DNA of 64,000 nucleotides from a virus (taxonomy: Duplodnaviria > Caudoviricetes): the IMG/VR virus record IMGVR_UViG_3300013093_000048, positions 363 to 64,362 of that record, one strand, 5' to 3'. A program made the position numbers and the translations under genes. Shown piece after piece: positions 55,385 through 64,000 of the stretch. Numbering within the stretch: position 1 is the stretch's first letter; each line of letters opens with the position of its first letter. The notes under the pieces were generated by a model. The model was not told the DNA's origin. It made no database searches and saw only the letters and a program-made list of their open reading frames with translations.

Positions 55385-56809
55385 TTAGCTTGGTAACTGC
55401 AGGGTTGGTGCGCCTTGTGGTATTGTACCAGTAACGGTTAACGGTGGTACGCCTGTATTCATATACTGACGGTATTTTAAAGCGTCTGTAACCCCCAAAG
55501 CAGCTAGCTGGCGTTTCATAGCCGGATCTTTAATAGCGTTAAAGTCTTTTGCTGCCTGGTCTAAACTAAGCTCATTAGCATTTTTACCTTTACCGCTAGC
55601 GGCATAGCTAGCCATAGCTCCGTAATACGGCGCCATCATAGCGTTCTTTTCATGCTCAACTGCCAATGATCCAGTCTTGTACATAAGATCAGTATTAGCC
55701 TGTTCGTACTTAATAGCCGCTTCAATATTACCTTGGGCACGAAGTTCTGCCGCTTTAGCTTTATTAAACTGAAATTGCTCACGGTTGTTATCAAGCTCAC
55801 GAACTACTTTGTAGCTATTTTGTAGCGATGGCAATCCTGCTTCAAGGCCTTCACCGCCAGCAGCACCAAGTGGCCCTACGTGCTGCATAATTCTTGCTCC
55901 CATAGACATTAGCATACCGCTTAAACCTTGGTTTTTAGCTTCAGCAATCTTATCAGCGTGCTGTTTATCCGTATCACCTAAACCAGCAAAAGGGTCTGGG
56001 CGGTTCATAAAATCTTTGTAAGCAGCTGCAATTCCTGAATCTTGCATTGGATTAGGCTGCGCTGGAGCTGGAGCTTGTCCCGGCTTTTTAATTGGGTTAT
56101 TGGCATTTTTTGCGTTAATAACCGCTTGCTCTTCAGGTGTAATAGTGCCAGCAGGGGCAACGCCAGCCGCTAAGTCGGCTTGGGTAGGCGTAGAGTTTAT
56201 TGTTGGAGGTAAATTAGGCTGCGATGGAGCAGGCGCTGGTAAAGTGCCTTTAGGGATATTACCTGTCATTGCAGCTTGCGCATCGGCCGGGTTAGTTTGT
56301 GCAGCAATTTGAGACCAAGGTTTATTTTGTTCTTGGAGCCAACTACCAACAGAACCAGGAATGCTTTTAATTTTATCCAATAGTGCTTGGTCAAACTTGC
56401 GACCAGACGGTATAGATTTATTCTCGTATGTATTTGGATCAATATCACCTTCTGGAGAAGGAACCAACCCCGTATCTTTAAACGCAACAATACCACCACC
56501 AGCCATCATCTTTTCTTCGCCCATGCCTTGCATATTTTCTGCGGGGAGGGCAGCTAAGCCAGCATGCTCTGCGTATTCCGCTGGTAAATCTTTAGCTAGC
56601 ATCTGGTCTTTAACTGTAGGCTGTTTAGCGCCTTGTTGTGCTTGTTGACCTTGGGCAGCTTGGTGTAACTTGTCGCGTTGTTGTTTAGCCGCCATTGCAA
56701 CGGCCATAGGCAAAGACTGATCTTTACCCTGCATAATAGCCAAAAGACGTTGATCAGGGAAGATGCGCGGATCAAGCGCCATCTTATACATTTGGTCCAT
56801 ACCGAGCAT
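55385..56809 (-). CDS. Internal virion/ejection protein
   Basis: 474 aa, Q/A/P-rich, MAGGGIVAF motif; position. Confidence 0.6.
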   Translation of the reverse strand: MLGMDQMYKMALDPRIFPDQRLLAIMQGKDQSLPMAVAMAAKQQRDKLHQAAQGQQAQQGAKQPTVKDQMLAKDLPAEYAEHAGLAALPAENMQGMGEEKMMAGGGIVAFKDTGLVPSPEGDIDPNTYENKSIPSGRKFDQALLDKIKSIPGSVGSWLQEQNKPWSQIAAQTNPADAQAAMTGNIPKGTLPAPAPSQPNLPPTINSTPTQADLAAGVAPAGTITPEEQAVINAKNANNPIKKPGQAPAPAQPNPMQDSGIAAAYKDFMNRPDPFAGLGDTDKQHADKIAEAKNQGLSGMLMSMGARIMQHVGPLGAAGGEGLEAGLPSLQNSYKVVRELDNNREQFQFNKAKAAELRAQGNIEAAIKYEQANTDLMYKTGSLAVEHEKNAMMAPYYGAMASYAASGKGKNANELSLDQAAKDFNAIKDPAMKRQLAALGVTDALKYRQYMNTGVPPLTVTGTIPQGAPTLQLPS

Positions 56810-58155
56810 TATGCAGCCCTCCCAACTAAATCATAATTAACGGCTTTGTATCCGTTGTCCATAATAAATACCGCTTCAGGAATAATCTGCTCAACTTCTT
56901 GTGCCATATAACCAATAAACTTACCATGGCCGCACAGCTCGTGATCCTTAAACTCTGGTTTGTATTCAAATTCGTAAATACCCAAACCGTTGTCAGCTTT
57001 CCATAACAACACAATATTTTCTTTCAGGTTAATATCTGAACCAGCTGCAGCGCCACCACCAAATGCATTGTATGCGCCAAGTCCTGCAATGCCCAAACCA
57101 GTAACTTGATTTAGTGTGCTAGGCGCTGCTTGATATGTAGCAGTAGTTGTTTGCTGCGTCGGTAAACCGCGCAACATAGAATTCATAAACGAAAGCTGTT
57201 GTTCTGGGTACTGCTGGGCAGTAGCGTAATTCTGAATAGCTTGGTTAAGAATATTTTGTTGTTGTGTTTGCTGTTGCTGACCGGCTTGGCTCTGCGTTGC
57301 AATAACATTTTGCTGCGCACCTAATTGCTGACCACCAATTCCAGCCAGCTGATTACCCATAGCACCGTATTGACCCAGGCCTTGCATAGCGGCTTGTTGT
57401 CCAGCTAAACCTTGAGCGGAAACTGTATTCATCTGGTTCTGCGCAGCGCCATATGCATTTTGATATGCATTTCCTACCAATTGGTTCTGTGCCAACATTT
57501 GGTTTTGTTGATTTAAACCCTGCATTAATGCATTACGTGAACCGCCGAAAGCTCCAGCTTGGGTAGCAGCACCTTGTTGAGAAGCACCTTGCATACCATA
57601 CTGCTGATTTAAAAGTTGCATTGATGGCGCTAACGCATTCTGGATGTACGGATTCATGTACGAACCAACTGCATTTGGGTTTGTTGATGCTTGTGCTAGG
57701 TTACTGCCTGTTTGTGCTTCTTGCCCAGCTAAACCTAAAGAACCTAGACCAGCCATACCAGTCATCTGAGTTGCTGCGCCGTACTGACCCGGTACTTGTA
57801 AGTTAGCAGCTTGCTGTTGAGCTGCTTGCTGCATTGGAGAAAAACCAGCGACATAGTCTGCTGGATTTGAACTATATGGTACGTACGGTTTAACGCCAGT
57901 AATATCTACTTGACCTGTGTCAGGATTTGTTTGTGTATTAAATAACTGTTGCTGAGTAGCGCCAAGCATCGTCTCCGCATAAGGTTGCAGATAGTCAGGG
58001 ATGTTTGTGTTTTGAACAGTAGTTTGCGTAGGAGCAGCTGGAGCTGGCGCAGATGAACCGCCACCTTCAAGAGTCATACCACCAGCACCAAAACCACGAC
58101 CCATGCGTGGCGAGAAAGCCTTTTCAGGCAACATTGAATCTAGTGTATATCTCAT
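56809..58155 (-). CDS. Gln-rich ejection/pilot protein with C-terminal S74-like chaperone domain
   Basis: AGAFGGSR, poly-Q, SDINLKENI, GYMAQEV..PEAV, AVNY. Confidence 0.7.
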   Translation of the reverse strand: MRYTLDSMLPEKAFSPRMGRGFGAGGMTLEGGGSSAPAPAAPTQTTVQNTNIPDYLQPYAETMLGATQQQLFNTQTNPDTGQVDITGVKPYVPYSSNPADYVAGFSPMQQAAQQQAANLQVPGQYGAATQMTGMAGLGSLGLAGQEAQTGSNLAQASTNPNAVGSYMNPYIQNALAPSMQLLNQQYGMQGASQQGAATQAGAFGGSRNALMQGLNQQNQMLAQNQLVGNAYQNAYGAAQNQMNTVSAQGLAGQQAAMQGLGQYGAMGNQLAGIGGQQLGAQQNVIATQSQAGQQQQTQQQNILNQAIQNYATAQQYPEQQLSFMNSMLRGLPTQQTTTATYQAAPSTLNQVTGLGIAGLGAYNAFGGGAAAGSDINLKENIVLLWKADNGLGIYEFEYKPEFKDHELCGHGKFIGYMAQEVEQIIPEAVFIMDNGYKAVNYDLVGRAA

Positions 58156-58565
58156 ATTTTTGTCTCTACAATTCTGTAACGCTCTTCAAATCCATAACGG
58201 CTCCACAACCGGGCTATTGCTTCTCTTGCTGCACCCTGTATTTTAGTGGCACCATTAGCCTTTAGTAAATCTTTAAACTGCTTAAATGTATCTTGGTTAG
58301 AAATTAACCGACCACCAATAAATGTAACAAAAGCCACACGATCATTAGGATAATTACTAAAGCTAATCGTGGCCGCTCCTTTAATCGAACCATCTTCAGT
58401 TGATGCCACCACCAAAAGCCATTGGCCCGACGCAAGGTAAACTCTGACTTGATCCAGCGTGTAATCATCACCACCATATTGCACAGCATCTGCAATATAC
58501 TTTTCAACCAAAGGCCAAGCTTGATTAACATATTGAATAGGAACATGGCGAATTAAGAGGCTCAT
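58152..58565 (-). CDS. Acetyltransferase-fold virion assembly protein
   Basis: 137 aa between ejection genes; VAFVTFIGG, ARLWSRYGFEE. Confidence 0.55.
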   Translation of the reverse strand: MSLLIRHVPIQYVNQAWPLVEKYIADAVQYGGDDYTLDQVRVYLASGQWLLVVASTEDGSIKGAATISFSNYPNDRVAFVTFIGGRLISNQDTFKQFKDLLKANGATKIQGAAREAIARLWSRYGFEERYRIVETKI

Positions 58566-60031
58566 GCTGGCATGTACTTGTCAGCTGTAATTGCAGGAGC
58601 TTGTTTAGCTTTACCAGTTCTGGCCTTTCTTACTTTGTCCATCATAGCGTATAGTTTTTTAGCACCAGCGTCAGAAGAGCCATTCCCAAGATGAGAGACA
58701 ACATCCGCAGGCACAACAAACTCGTTGTCAGCCAACCTCGCTGGTTGTTTACCGCTAATAGTAGCAGGGATGCTATCAGACATACCATCGCCAGGACCTT
58801 TAAGCATACGTCCGCCATCAGAGTAACCTCCCAAATTAGCAATACCTCCACCAGCATAGTTTGCGTTAGGGGTGCCGCGTAGTTTATTCAAAGCCAACAT
58901 AGCATTATAGTCACCGCTTTGGGCTTTGGAAGCCACCGCTGTTGGGTCTGACTGGTACTGGCTTTTGTAGTTATCAATGGCGTCGCGCGCATTCATCAAG
59001 TCTATTAAAGCATCTTTACCAGTACCGCCTGCAGCCATATTAGCGGTCATCTCACCCGTTAGTGGATTTGTTTTAGGCTCGTATAAAGCGGCTGTCTGTT
59101 GCGCCGAAGTTGGCATTTGTGTTGGAGTAGCGTAAGCTGGACTTACTTGTTGGCTTTGGGGATACATCCCACCGCCCATAAAATCAATAGGCTCAGAATT
59201 TGGGTCCATTAAACCACCGCTGGCGTAGCCAGGCGGACGTGCATATCCACTATAGTCAGCTTGGTATAGGGGGTTTGGGGGCTGTACCACATCAGGGCGG
59301 TAGTTAGCTGGATCATAATGGAACTTAGCTAGATTGCCACCAGTGTAAGGAGTAGCTGCGGCTGCTGTACCACCATATCTCTTATTATCTTGAGCCATTA
59401 AAGCGCTCAAACCTAAACCACCTAAAGCAGCTTTAGTGCCAAAACCCATAGGAGCAGTGCCAGTACCAGCGGCACCAAGTACTGAATTTGCTGGGACGCT
59501 ATTAAAAGCACCAGAGTAGGCTTGACCATATGTAGCTGCTTGCTCGGCCGTCATCGTACCGTTTGCTACCGCTTGGCTAATCATTTGAGGGGTGGCTGTT
59601 CCAAGCTCCACACCAGAAGAAACTGGCAACGAAGCTCCAGAATTTAATAATGCATTTGAACCTGCTTGCACACCAGTCGTATCAGCAGCAGCTACAGTAG
59701 GAGAAACAGCCGCGCCAGAAGTTGATAGGGCTGTAGGAGCGCCAGCAGCTAAGTCACCAGCCCCCTGATAGAGACCTCCATAACCAAGGGAAGCGCCACC
59801 AATACCGCCCATAAGGGCATTCTGCATTACGTTCTGGCCGGTCAAGGCTGCTACACCACCACCGGTTAACGCTCCAATACCAGCTCCTGTAACCGCAGCA
59901 GCGCCAGTAGCGCCAAGTTCTTCAGTCAACATAGGCGCAGCAGCGCCGTCAGTCATAACTGTAGCGGCCAAAGCCGCAGCTATTGGTAAATAGCTTTCAA
60001 AACCACCACCGCTTGATCCGCCGCCTGCCAT
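58562..60031 (-). CDS. Internal virion/ejection protein
   Basis: Hydrophobic Gly/Ala N-terminus; GPGDGMSDSIPA..ARLADNEFVVPADVV domain. Confidence 0.65.
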   Translation of the reverse strand: MAGGGSSGGGFESYLPIAAALAATVMTDGAAAPMLTEELGATGAAAVTGAGIGALTGGGVAALTGQNVMQNALMGGIGGASLGYGGLYQGAGDLAAGAPTALSTSGAAVSPTVAAADTTGVQAGSNALLNSGASLPVSSGVELGTATPQMISQAVANGTMTAEQAATYGQAYSGAFNSVPANSVLGAAGTGTAPMGFGTKAALGGLGLSALMAQDNKRYGGTAAAATPYTGGNLAKFHYDPANYRPDVVQPPNPLYQADYSGYARPPGYASGGLMDPNSEPIDFMGGGMYPQSQQVSPAYATPTQMPTSAQQTAALYEPKTNPLTGEMTANMAAGGTGKDALIDLMNARDAIDNYKSQYQSDPTAVASKAQSGDYNAMLALNKLRGTPNANYAGGGIANLGGYSDGGRMLKGPGDGMSDSIPATISGKQPARLADNEFVVPADVVSHLGNGSSDAGAKKLYAMMDKVRKARTGKAKQAPAITADKYMPA

Positions 60032-60055
60032 ATATTATCCTTTACTTTTTCCTGA

Positions 60056-60064
60056 TTTTAACAT
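60056..60064 (-). promoter_or_regulatory. Possible extended -10 (TGtTAAAAT)
   Basis: Intergenic, 25 nt upstream of 60031. Confidence 0.4.
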
Positions 60065-60367
60065 TTAAACGGTTGCTCCGGAAGCATTTACCCATTTAGT
60101 TCCTGCCCACCAGATAGGAATACCTAGCGTAGTATCAAAAAACTGCTGTCCAATTAACTGCTTTACTGTAGGGCGCTGAGTAGTAGTACCGTAGTCTGGG
60201 GTAGCCAAAGCCTGAGAAAAGTTGTTTAACAGCGTAAAATACAGCCGCAGGGCGTTGTTCATTTGGTCTTGATACTGCTGGCTATAGTCTGCCGGGGCAA
60301 TAAGTAAGTTAGGTGGCGCAGGGATTAACGGCGCGCCATTATAGTTTTGGTATGCAGGAATAGTCAT
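60065..60367 (-). CDS. Small tail-associated protein
   Basis: APPNL..YQDQMNNALRLYF; GQQFFDTTLGIPIWW. Confidence 0.65.
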   Translation of the reverse strand: MTIPAYQNYNGAPLIPAPPNLLIAPADYSQQYQDQMNNALRLYFTLLNNFSQALATPDYGTTTQRPTVKQLIGQQFFDTTLGIPIWWAGTKWVNASGATV

Positions 60368-62472
60368 TATCTTCTTCCGTCTGGGCGAATATCAATACGT
60401 GGGCTACCCAACTGCCAAGCCACACCAACACCAGTAGACTCTATTCTGAAGCTCATCTGCCTGCCGCGTAAGCGTGTGTAAACCTGACCATCAAACTGCT
60501 GAATGGTGTATTCCGGTACGGTAGTGTAGTTTTGCGCAGATTGTACCTGTGGGTTGTCCGCTTGCCCATAAGGTGTACCAGAGTTTTCACGAGGCTTTAC
60601 GGTCATCGTAACGCTTGGCTGGTTTGTAGTAGACCCGTTAAAGTTTACGTCAGGTAATATGCGCCATACAAAACCAAAGTTATGCCCATCGCCGATATCA
60701 AAATCAGAAGACTGCACATAAGCATCAATCGGTAAAGTAGCAGTTGTTGATAAATCATCGCATCCAACTTCATGATTTAAAAGTCGGCTGTTATAATCTG
60801 CAGCAATAGGGAATTGCTCGATACCCGTTTGTATCCACGCAGTGCGCCCCATAGTTCCATAGTACCAAACGCGGTCTAAGTAGTTATAGATTACATACTT
60901 GTCTACTGAAGTTCCGCCACTAGATTGGCTTACATAAAACCACCATATCTCATTAAACGCTTCATTGGCACCTGTAAAAACTTGGTACGCTTGGTCTTGG
61001 TTAATATCAGCAAAAATGTATTGACGCAGTGAGCAAGGTAAAACCTCAACACGCCCAGAGTACATATAGAAACGGTCTCGACCCATCCAGTAGGTCACAT
61101 TATTAACAGTAACAGCAGCGTTAGGCGAGATGATAGATATATTGTCCATCAAAACTTGAAAGCCCCAAACATAAGGAGCTCCTAAATACTGCATAGAGTA
61201 CAAGCAAGAATCAGTCCAAACTAGAATCTCTTGGCGGGTTGCATGGGCAGTCATAATATATGAGCCGTTTGTAAGTAAGTATTCGCCCGATTGATTAGTT
61301 AGCTGTGGTATCCATTGATACGCATTACCTTGATCTGACCACCGTACAAGCATTGGATCAAAAGAAGTACTAGCGTTATTAGGTATGTATGAGTTGGCGC
61401 CAAAAGCAATCACATACTCTTGGATAGCTGAAGTAATTACTTGGTAAGTCGCAGTGGGAACATATGAACCGGCATAAGAAAAACTATAAGTACCTGAACT
61501 TGCGCCAGTAGTAGTTGTTGTAATCGGTACAGTAGTAGAGCCAGTAATATATGAAGAAGCTACGGCAGTTCCAGCAGGTAGATTAGTACCTGTAATTTTC
61601 ATATATGGGAATATATTTGGGGCTGCTGCTGAAGATACTGTAATAGAAGTTACACCGTTAGTAAAAGTAGAGTTATCTGTCAAAGCAGTTGTACTATTTG
61701 CTAGACTACTTAAATACTGCGCGCGAGTACTCACCCCATTAGAGTTTTGCCAATAGAAAATAGGACCGCCACGAGGGGCAATTACAAGGTCAGCACCATA
61801 ATTATCATTAGACCAAAGGCGAAGCTGCTGCCCAATACCAGCAGAATAGCTAGACCCCCAAGTGCCACGACTCCAAGGACCTGCGCCCCAACCCGTGCCG
61901 ATTGTATAAACCGTATTTCCTGTTGGGTACTCATATTGAGCAGTAACTGTACCGCCCCCAGTAGCAGTAGATGAAGCGTTTGATGCGGCCGTAATTGTAT
62001 AAGTAGTTCCAGACGTAACTGTCTGTACTTGGTAATCCCCAGCAATCGTTAATCCACCTACAGCCGTAGCCCCAGAAAAGTAAACAAAATCGCCTACATT
62101 CGGGTTATATGAGCCGTCTGTTACAGTAACAGTGGCTGAACCCGAAGTAGTACCAAAAGGGTTTGTTAGCGTATCTGTTTGAACAATAGGCGTGATGTCA
62201 TTATAGACACCGCCGTAATAAATATAGTACTTGGTATTTGTGCCTAAGCCTATATAAACATTACCTATACCAGCATCTCCACTTGCCCAGACCCATAAAG
62301 AACGACACACGCCATTAAATTGGCTGTTAGTAATCTGTTGCCAGCCACCGATTTTTTCTGGAAAGCCTGAACGAAAACGTACTTTATCCCCGTCATACCA
62401 GCCGCCTTCGTTGCTGTAGTCAGTACCTTCACGGTTAAGACCGGGTCTAAATTGTAGTTTTTGTAATGGCAT
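60367..62472 (-). CDS. Tail nozzle / stabilisation protein (tubular protein B-like)
   Basis: 701 aa, beta-rich; VRFRSGFPEKIGGW, VRWSDQ, FNEIWWFY. Confidence 0.65.
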   Translation of the reverse strand: MPLQKLQFRPGLNREGTDYSNEGGWYDGDKVRFRSGFPEKIGGWQQITNSQFNGVCRSLWVWASGDAGIGNVYIGLGTNTKYYIYYGGVYNDITPIVQTDTLTNPFGTTSGSATVTVTDGSYNPNVGDFVYFSGATAVGGLTIAGDYQVQTVTSGTTYTITAASNASSTATGGGTVTAQYEYPTGNTVYTIGTGWGAGPWSRGTWGSSYSAGIGQQLRLWSNDNYGADLVIAPRGGPIFYWQNSNGVSTRAQYLSSLANSTTALTDNSTFTNGVTSITVSSAAAPNIFPYMKITGTNLPAGTAVASSYITGSTTVPITTTTTGASSGTYSFSYAGSYVPTATYQVITSAIQEYVIAFGANSYIPNNASTSFDPMLVRWSDQGNAYQWIPQLTNQSGEYLLTNGSYIMTAHATRQEILVWTDSCLYSMQYLGAPYVWGFQVLMDNISIISPNAAVTVNNVTYWMGRDRFYMYSGRVEVLPCSLRQYIFADINQDQAYQVFTGANEAFNEIWWFYVSQSSGGTSVDKYVIYNYLDRVWYYGTMGRTAWIQTGIEQFPIAADYNSRLLNHEVGCDDLSTTATLPIDAYVQSSDFDIGDGHNFGFVWRILPDVNFNGSTTNQPSVTMTVKPRENSGTPYGQADNPQVQSAQNYTTVPEYTIQQFDGQVYTRLRGRQMSFRIESTGVGVAWQLGSPRIDIRPDGRR

Positions 62473-62475
62473 GGT

Positions 62476-63069
62476 TTACCCTAATACGGATATGGCTTTG
62501 GCAATTTTAGCTTTGCGGTCATCAAGTCCTAGTAAACCGCCATTAATACGCTTAGTCATTGTATCGTAATCCTTGCTATCAGCCAAGGCATTTAGGCCCT
62601 TCTTATTCCAAAACCAAGCCGCACTCAAAGCCGCATATCTAGGATCAACCAAAAGCTGTGGTTGATTAATAAGGTCAGCGCCAATAGCTTCTCCACATCG
62701 CTCATATAAATCACGCCCAGTTAATTGTATACAGCCTCTTCCGTGAAACTTGAACCCATCCCCATCTTCTTTATTGCCAAGGTCGGCCCTGCCGCCATAT
62801 ACTTTATTAGCTAGCTTTTCTGGGTTGTTAGCATAAGGAGTGGCTGCGTCAAGTGTTGGAAAACGGCTAGGCCAAACCGCCATAAGCCTAGAAGCAGAAT
62901 AGTTAAGCCCTTCTTCTAACTTAGTAAAGTTGTTTGATTCATGAGCGCACTGACCTACAAAGAAAGCCTGACGCACAGGGGTACTAATATCGTATTTCTG
63001 AAACGCCTCATTTAGCGGTTCAAGCCATTTTTGGTCTATGCCAAGCGCCTGTAGTTGGGAGCTATTCAT
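62476..63069 (-). CDS. Endolysin, glycoside hydrolase family 19
   Basis: FVGQCAHES, GRGCIQLTGR, SAAWFW, TKRINGG. Confidence 0.93.
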   Translation of the reverse strand: MNSSQLQALGIDQKWLEPLNEAFQKYDISTPVRQAFFVGQCAHESNNFTKLEEGLNYSASRLMAVWPSRFPTLDAATPYANNPEKLANKVYGGRADLGNKEDGDGFKFHGRGCIQLTGRDLYERCGEAIGADLINQPQLLVDPRYAALSAAWFWNKKGLNALADSKDYDTMTKRINGGLLGLDDRKAKIAKAISVLG

Positions 63070-63497
63070 TTAATCAACCCGTTTTCTGTAGCCCATTCCT
63101 GCCAAAGATTTACTTGGAGGGTTGTCTCAGAGCATTGTTCAACAAGTACTGGGTAGGCGGTTGCTGCATCAGTTCCTTTGGGGGTTGGGGAAATGCCGGA
63201 CATTGGACTGCTACTGGGGTTGAGCTGCATCCTGCCATAATAATTGCGCAAAGCAGCAAGCTTACCTTCGTATTCATTTTGTATTCCTTGGTTAATCATT
63301 TGGTGTTCTTGTTCGACTGCTTGGTTGTGTTCTTCTTGCGCTTTGGCGGCGGCTTCGACTCTCGCCTTGTATTCCACGTATCTATTATTACCGATATGGA
63401 AACCGCAAAAGAAAATACCAGCGCAAATACCGACAGCCAGTCCAACTTTGATGTAATTAGCATATGTAGAAAAACCCGCAGTAATTAAGGACCACAT
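63066..63497 (-). CDS. Inner-membrane spanin (Rz-like)
   Basis: N-terminal TM helix plus coiled coil; contains a nested lipoprotein gene. Confidence 0.8.
   Translation of the reverse strand: MWSLITAGFSTYANYIKVGLAVGICAGIFFCGFHIGNNRYVEYKARVEAAAKAQEEHNQAVEQEHQMINQGIQNEYEGKLAALRNYYGRMQLNPSSSPMSGISPTPKGTDAATAYPVLVEQCSETTLQVNLWQEWATENGLIK
63110..63277 (-). CDS. Outer-membrane spanin (Rz1-like), embedded in another frame (not in ORF track)
   Basis: MNTKVSLLLCAIIMAGC lipobox, Pro-rich mature part, RBS AAGGA. Confidence 0.85.
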   Translation of the reverse strand: MNTKVSLLLCAIIMAGCSSTPVAVQCPAFPQPPKELMQQPPTQYLLNNALRQPSK

Positions 63498-63724
63498 TAT
63501 TCCCCACCCGGTTCTGTTTTAGATTTCATCATTACACTAGCGCCGCTAGCTCCAGACACAATACCAAGCGCTTCTGCTAATTCACGTAGATTAACCGAGC
63601 CATGCATTACTTCATATCCAGCCATAAAAATAACAGCAACAAACCCAAGCAACCAAGTAACCCTGCCCAAATCGTAAGTAGCATTATCTTTTCCAGTTAG
63701 AAGCTGCTTGAGAATGTCTTGCAT
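63497..63724 (-). CDS. Probable holin
   Basis: 75 aa, two hydrophobic segments, next to spanin and endolysin genes. Confidence 0.65.
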   Translation of the reverse strand: MQDILKQLLTGKDNATYDLGRVTWLLGFVAVIFMAGYEVMHGSVNLRELAEALGIVSGASGASVMMKSKTEPGGE

Positions 63725-63999
63725 TAATACTTACCTTCAGCAAATACATTTACAAATACTGTGCCATCTTCTAATGCTTCAATTTCATGCCATTCTCCAG
63801 CAGGAAGATTTAAAGGTGTAGAGTTTTTATCTATTGTGTAGCTACGACCTTCAAGACTTACCAAACAAGAACCAGCATGGCAAATAGTTGCATGAGAATA
63901 AGTGTGGTCGTGCTTTGGTATTCCTTCGCCTTTATTGGCATGATAAATACCTAATTGTGCGCCTTCATAAGTAAAACTATGATGCGGTTGTATTCTAAC
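63724..63999 (-). CDS. Cupin-fold protein, 5' end outside the window
   Basis: IPKHDHTYSHATICHAG...AGEWHEIEALEDGTVF. Confidence 0.8.
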   Translation of the reverse strand, partial: VRIQPHHSFTYEGAQLGIYHANKGEGIPKHDHTYSHATICHAGSCLVSLEGRSYTIDKNSTPLNLPAGEWHEIEALEDGTVFVNVFAEGKY

Positions 64000-64000
64000 A

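Noticed and set aside
63066-63497. Overlapping gene pair as a novelty
   Set aside because: Standard embedded Rz/Rz1 arrangement; annotated as features
1-64000. Stop-codon reassignment, introns/inteins or a diversity-generating retroelement
   Set aside because: Genes tile densely under the standard code, core genes look uninterrupted, and no reverse transcriptase is present

Overview
Most of a tailed dsDNA phage genome (Caudoviricetes, podovirus-like morphogenesis), probably from a circular or permuted assembly. The host is Gram-negative, given the holin, GH19 endolysin and nested Rz/Rz1 spanins; a freshwater betaproteobacterial host is only my inference. Minus-strand late arm (1-23.5 kb and 47-64 kb): terminase, portal, GroES, scaffold, Mu-gpT-like major capsid protein, small basic proteins, neck and tail-fibre proteins, ejection proteins including a 2766-aa polyvalent protein, lysis genes and three tRNAs. 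Plus-strand early/middle arm (24-47 kb): many small genes, an amidoligase + class II glutamine amidotransferase + ATP-grasp module, PolA, nucleases, SNF2 helicase, SSB and primase-helicase. Most notable non-annotated structure: (1) a ~95-nt plus-strand RNA at 22943-23036 with its own -10 box and terminator and two anti-Shine-Dalgarno domains with extended complementarity to early-gene ribosome-binding regions; (2) eight copies of a 16-bp palindrome GGACAG-N4-CTGTCC confined to the first 4.6 kb of the early arm; (3) three G36 tRNAs (Leu, His, Pro) that all carry A37; (4) a kissing-loop RNA separated from the capsid gene by a GNAT-HNH cassette; (5) a 42-aa amphipathic peptide behind a TGTTGCAnTGCAACA palindrome; (6) a 6-Cys secreted miniprotein. 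All calls come from reading motifs by eye; no searches were run.
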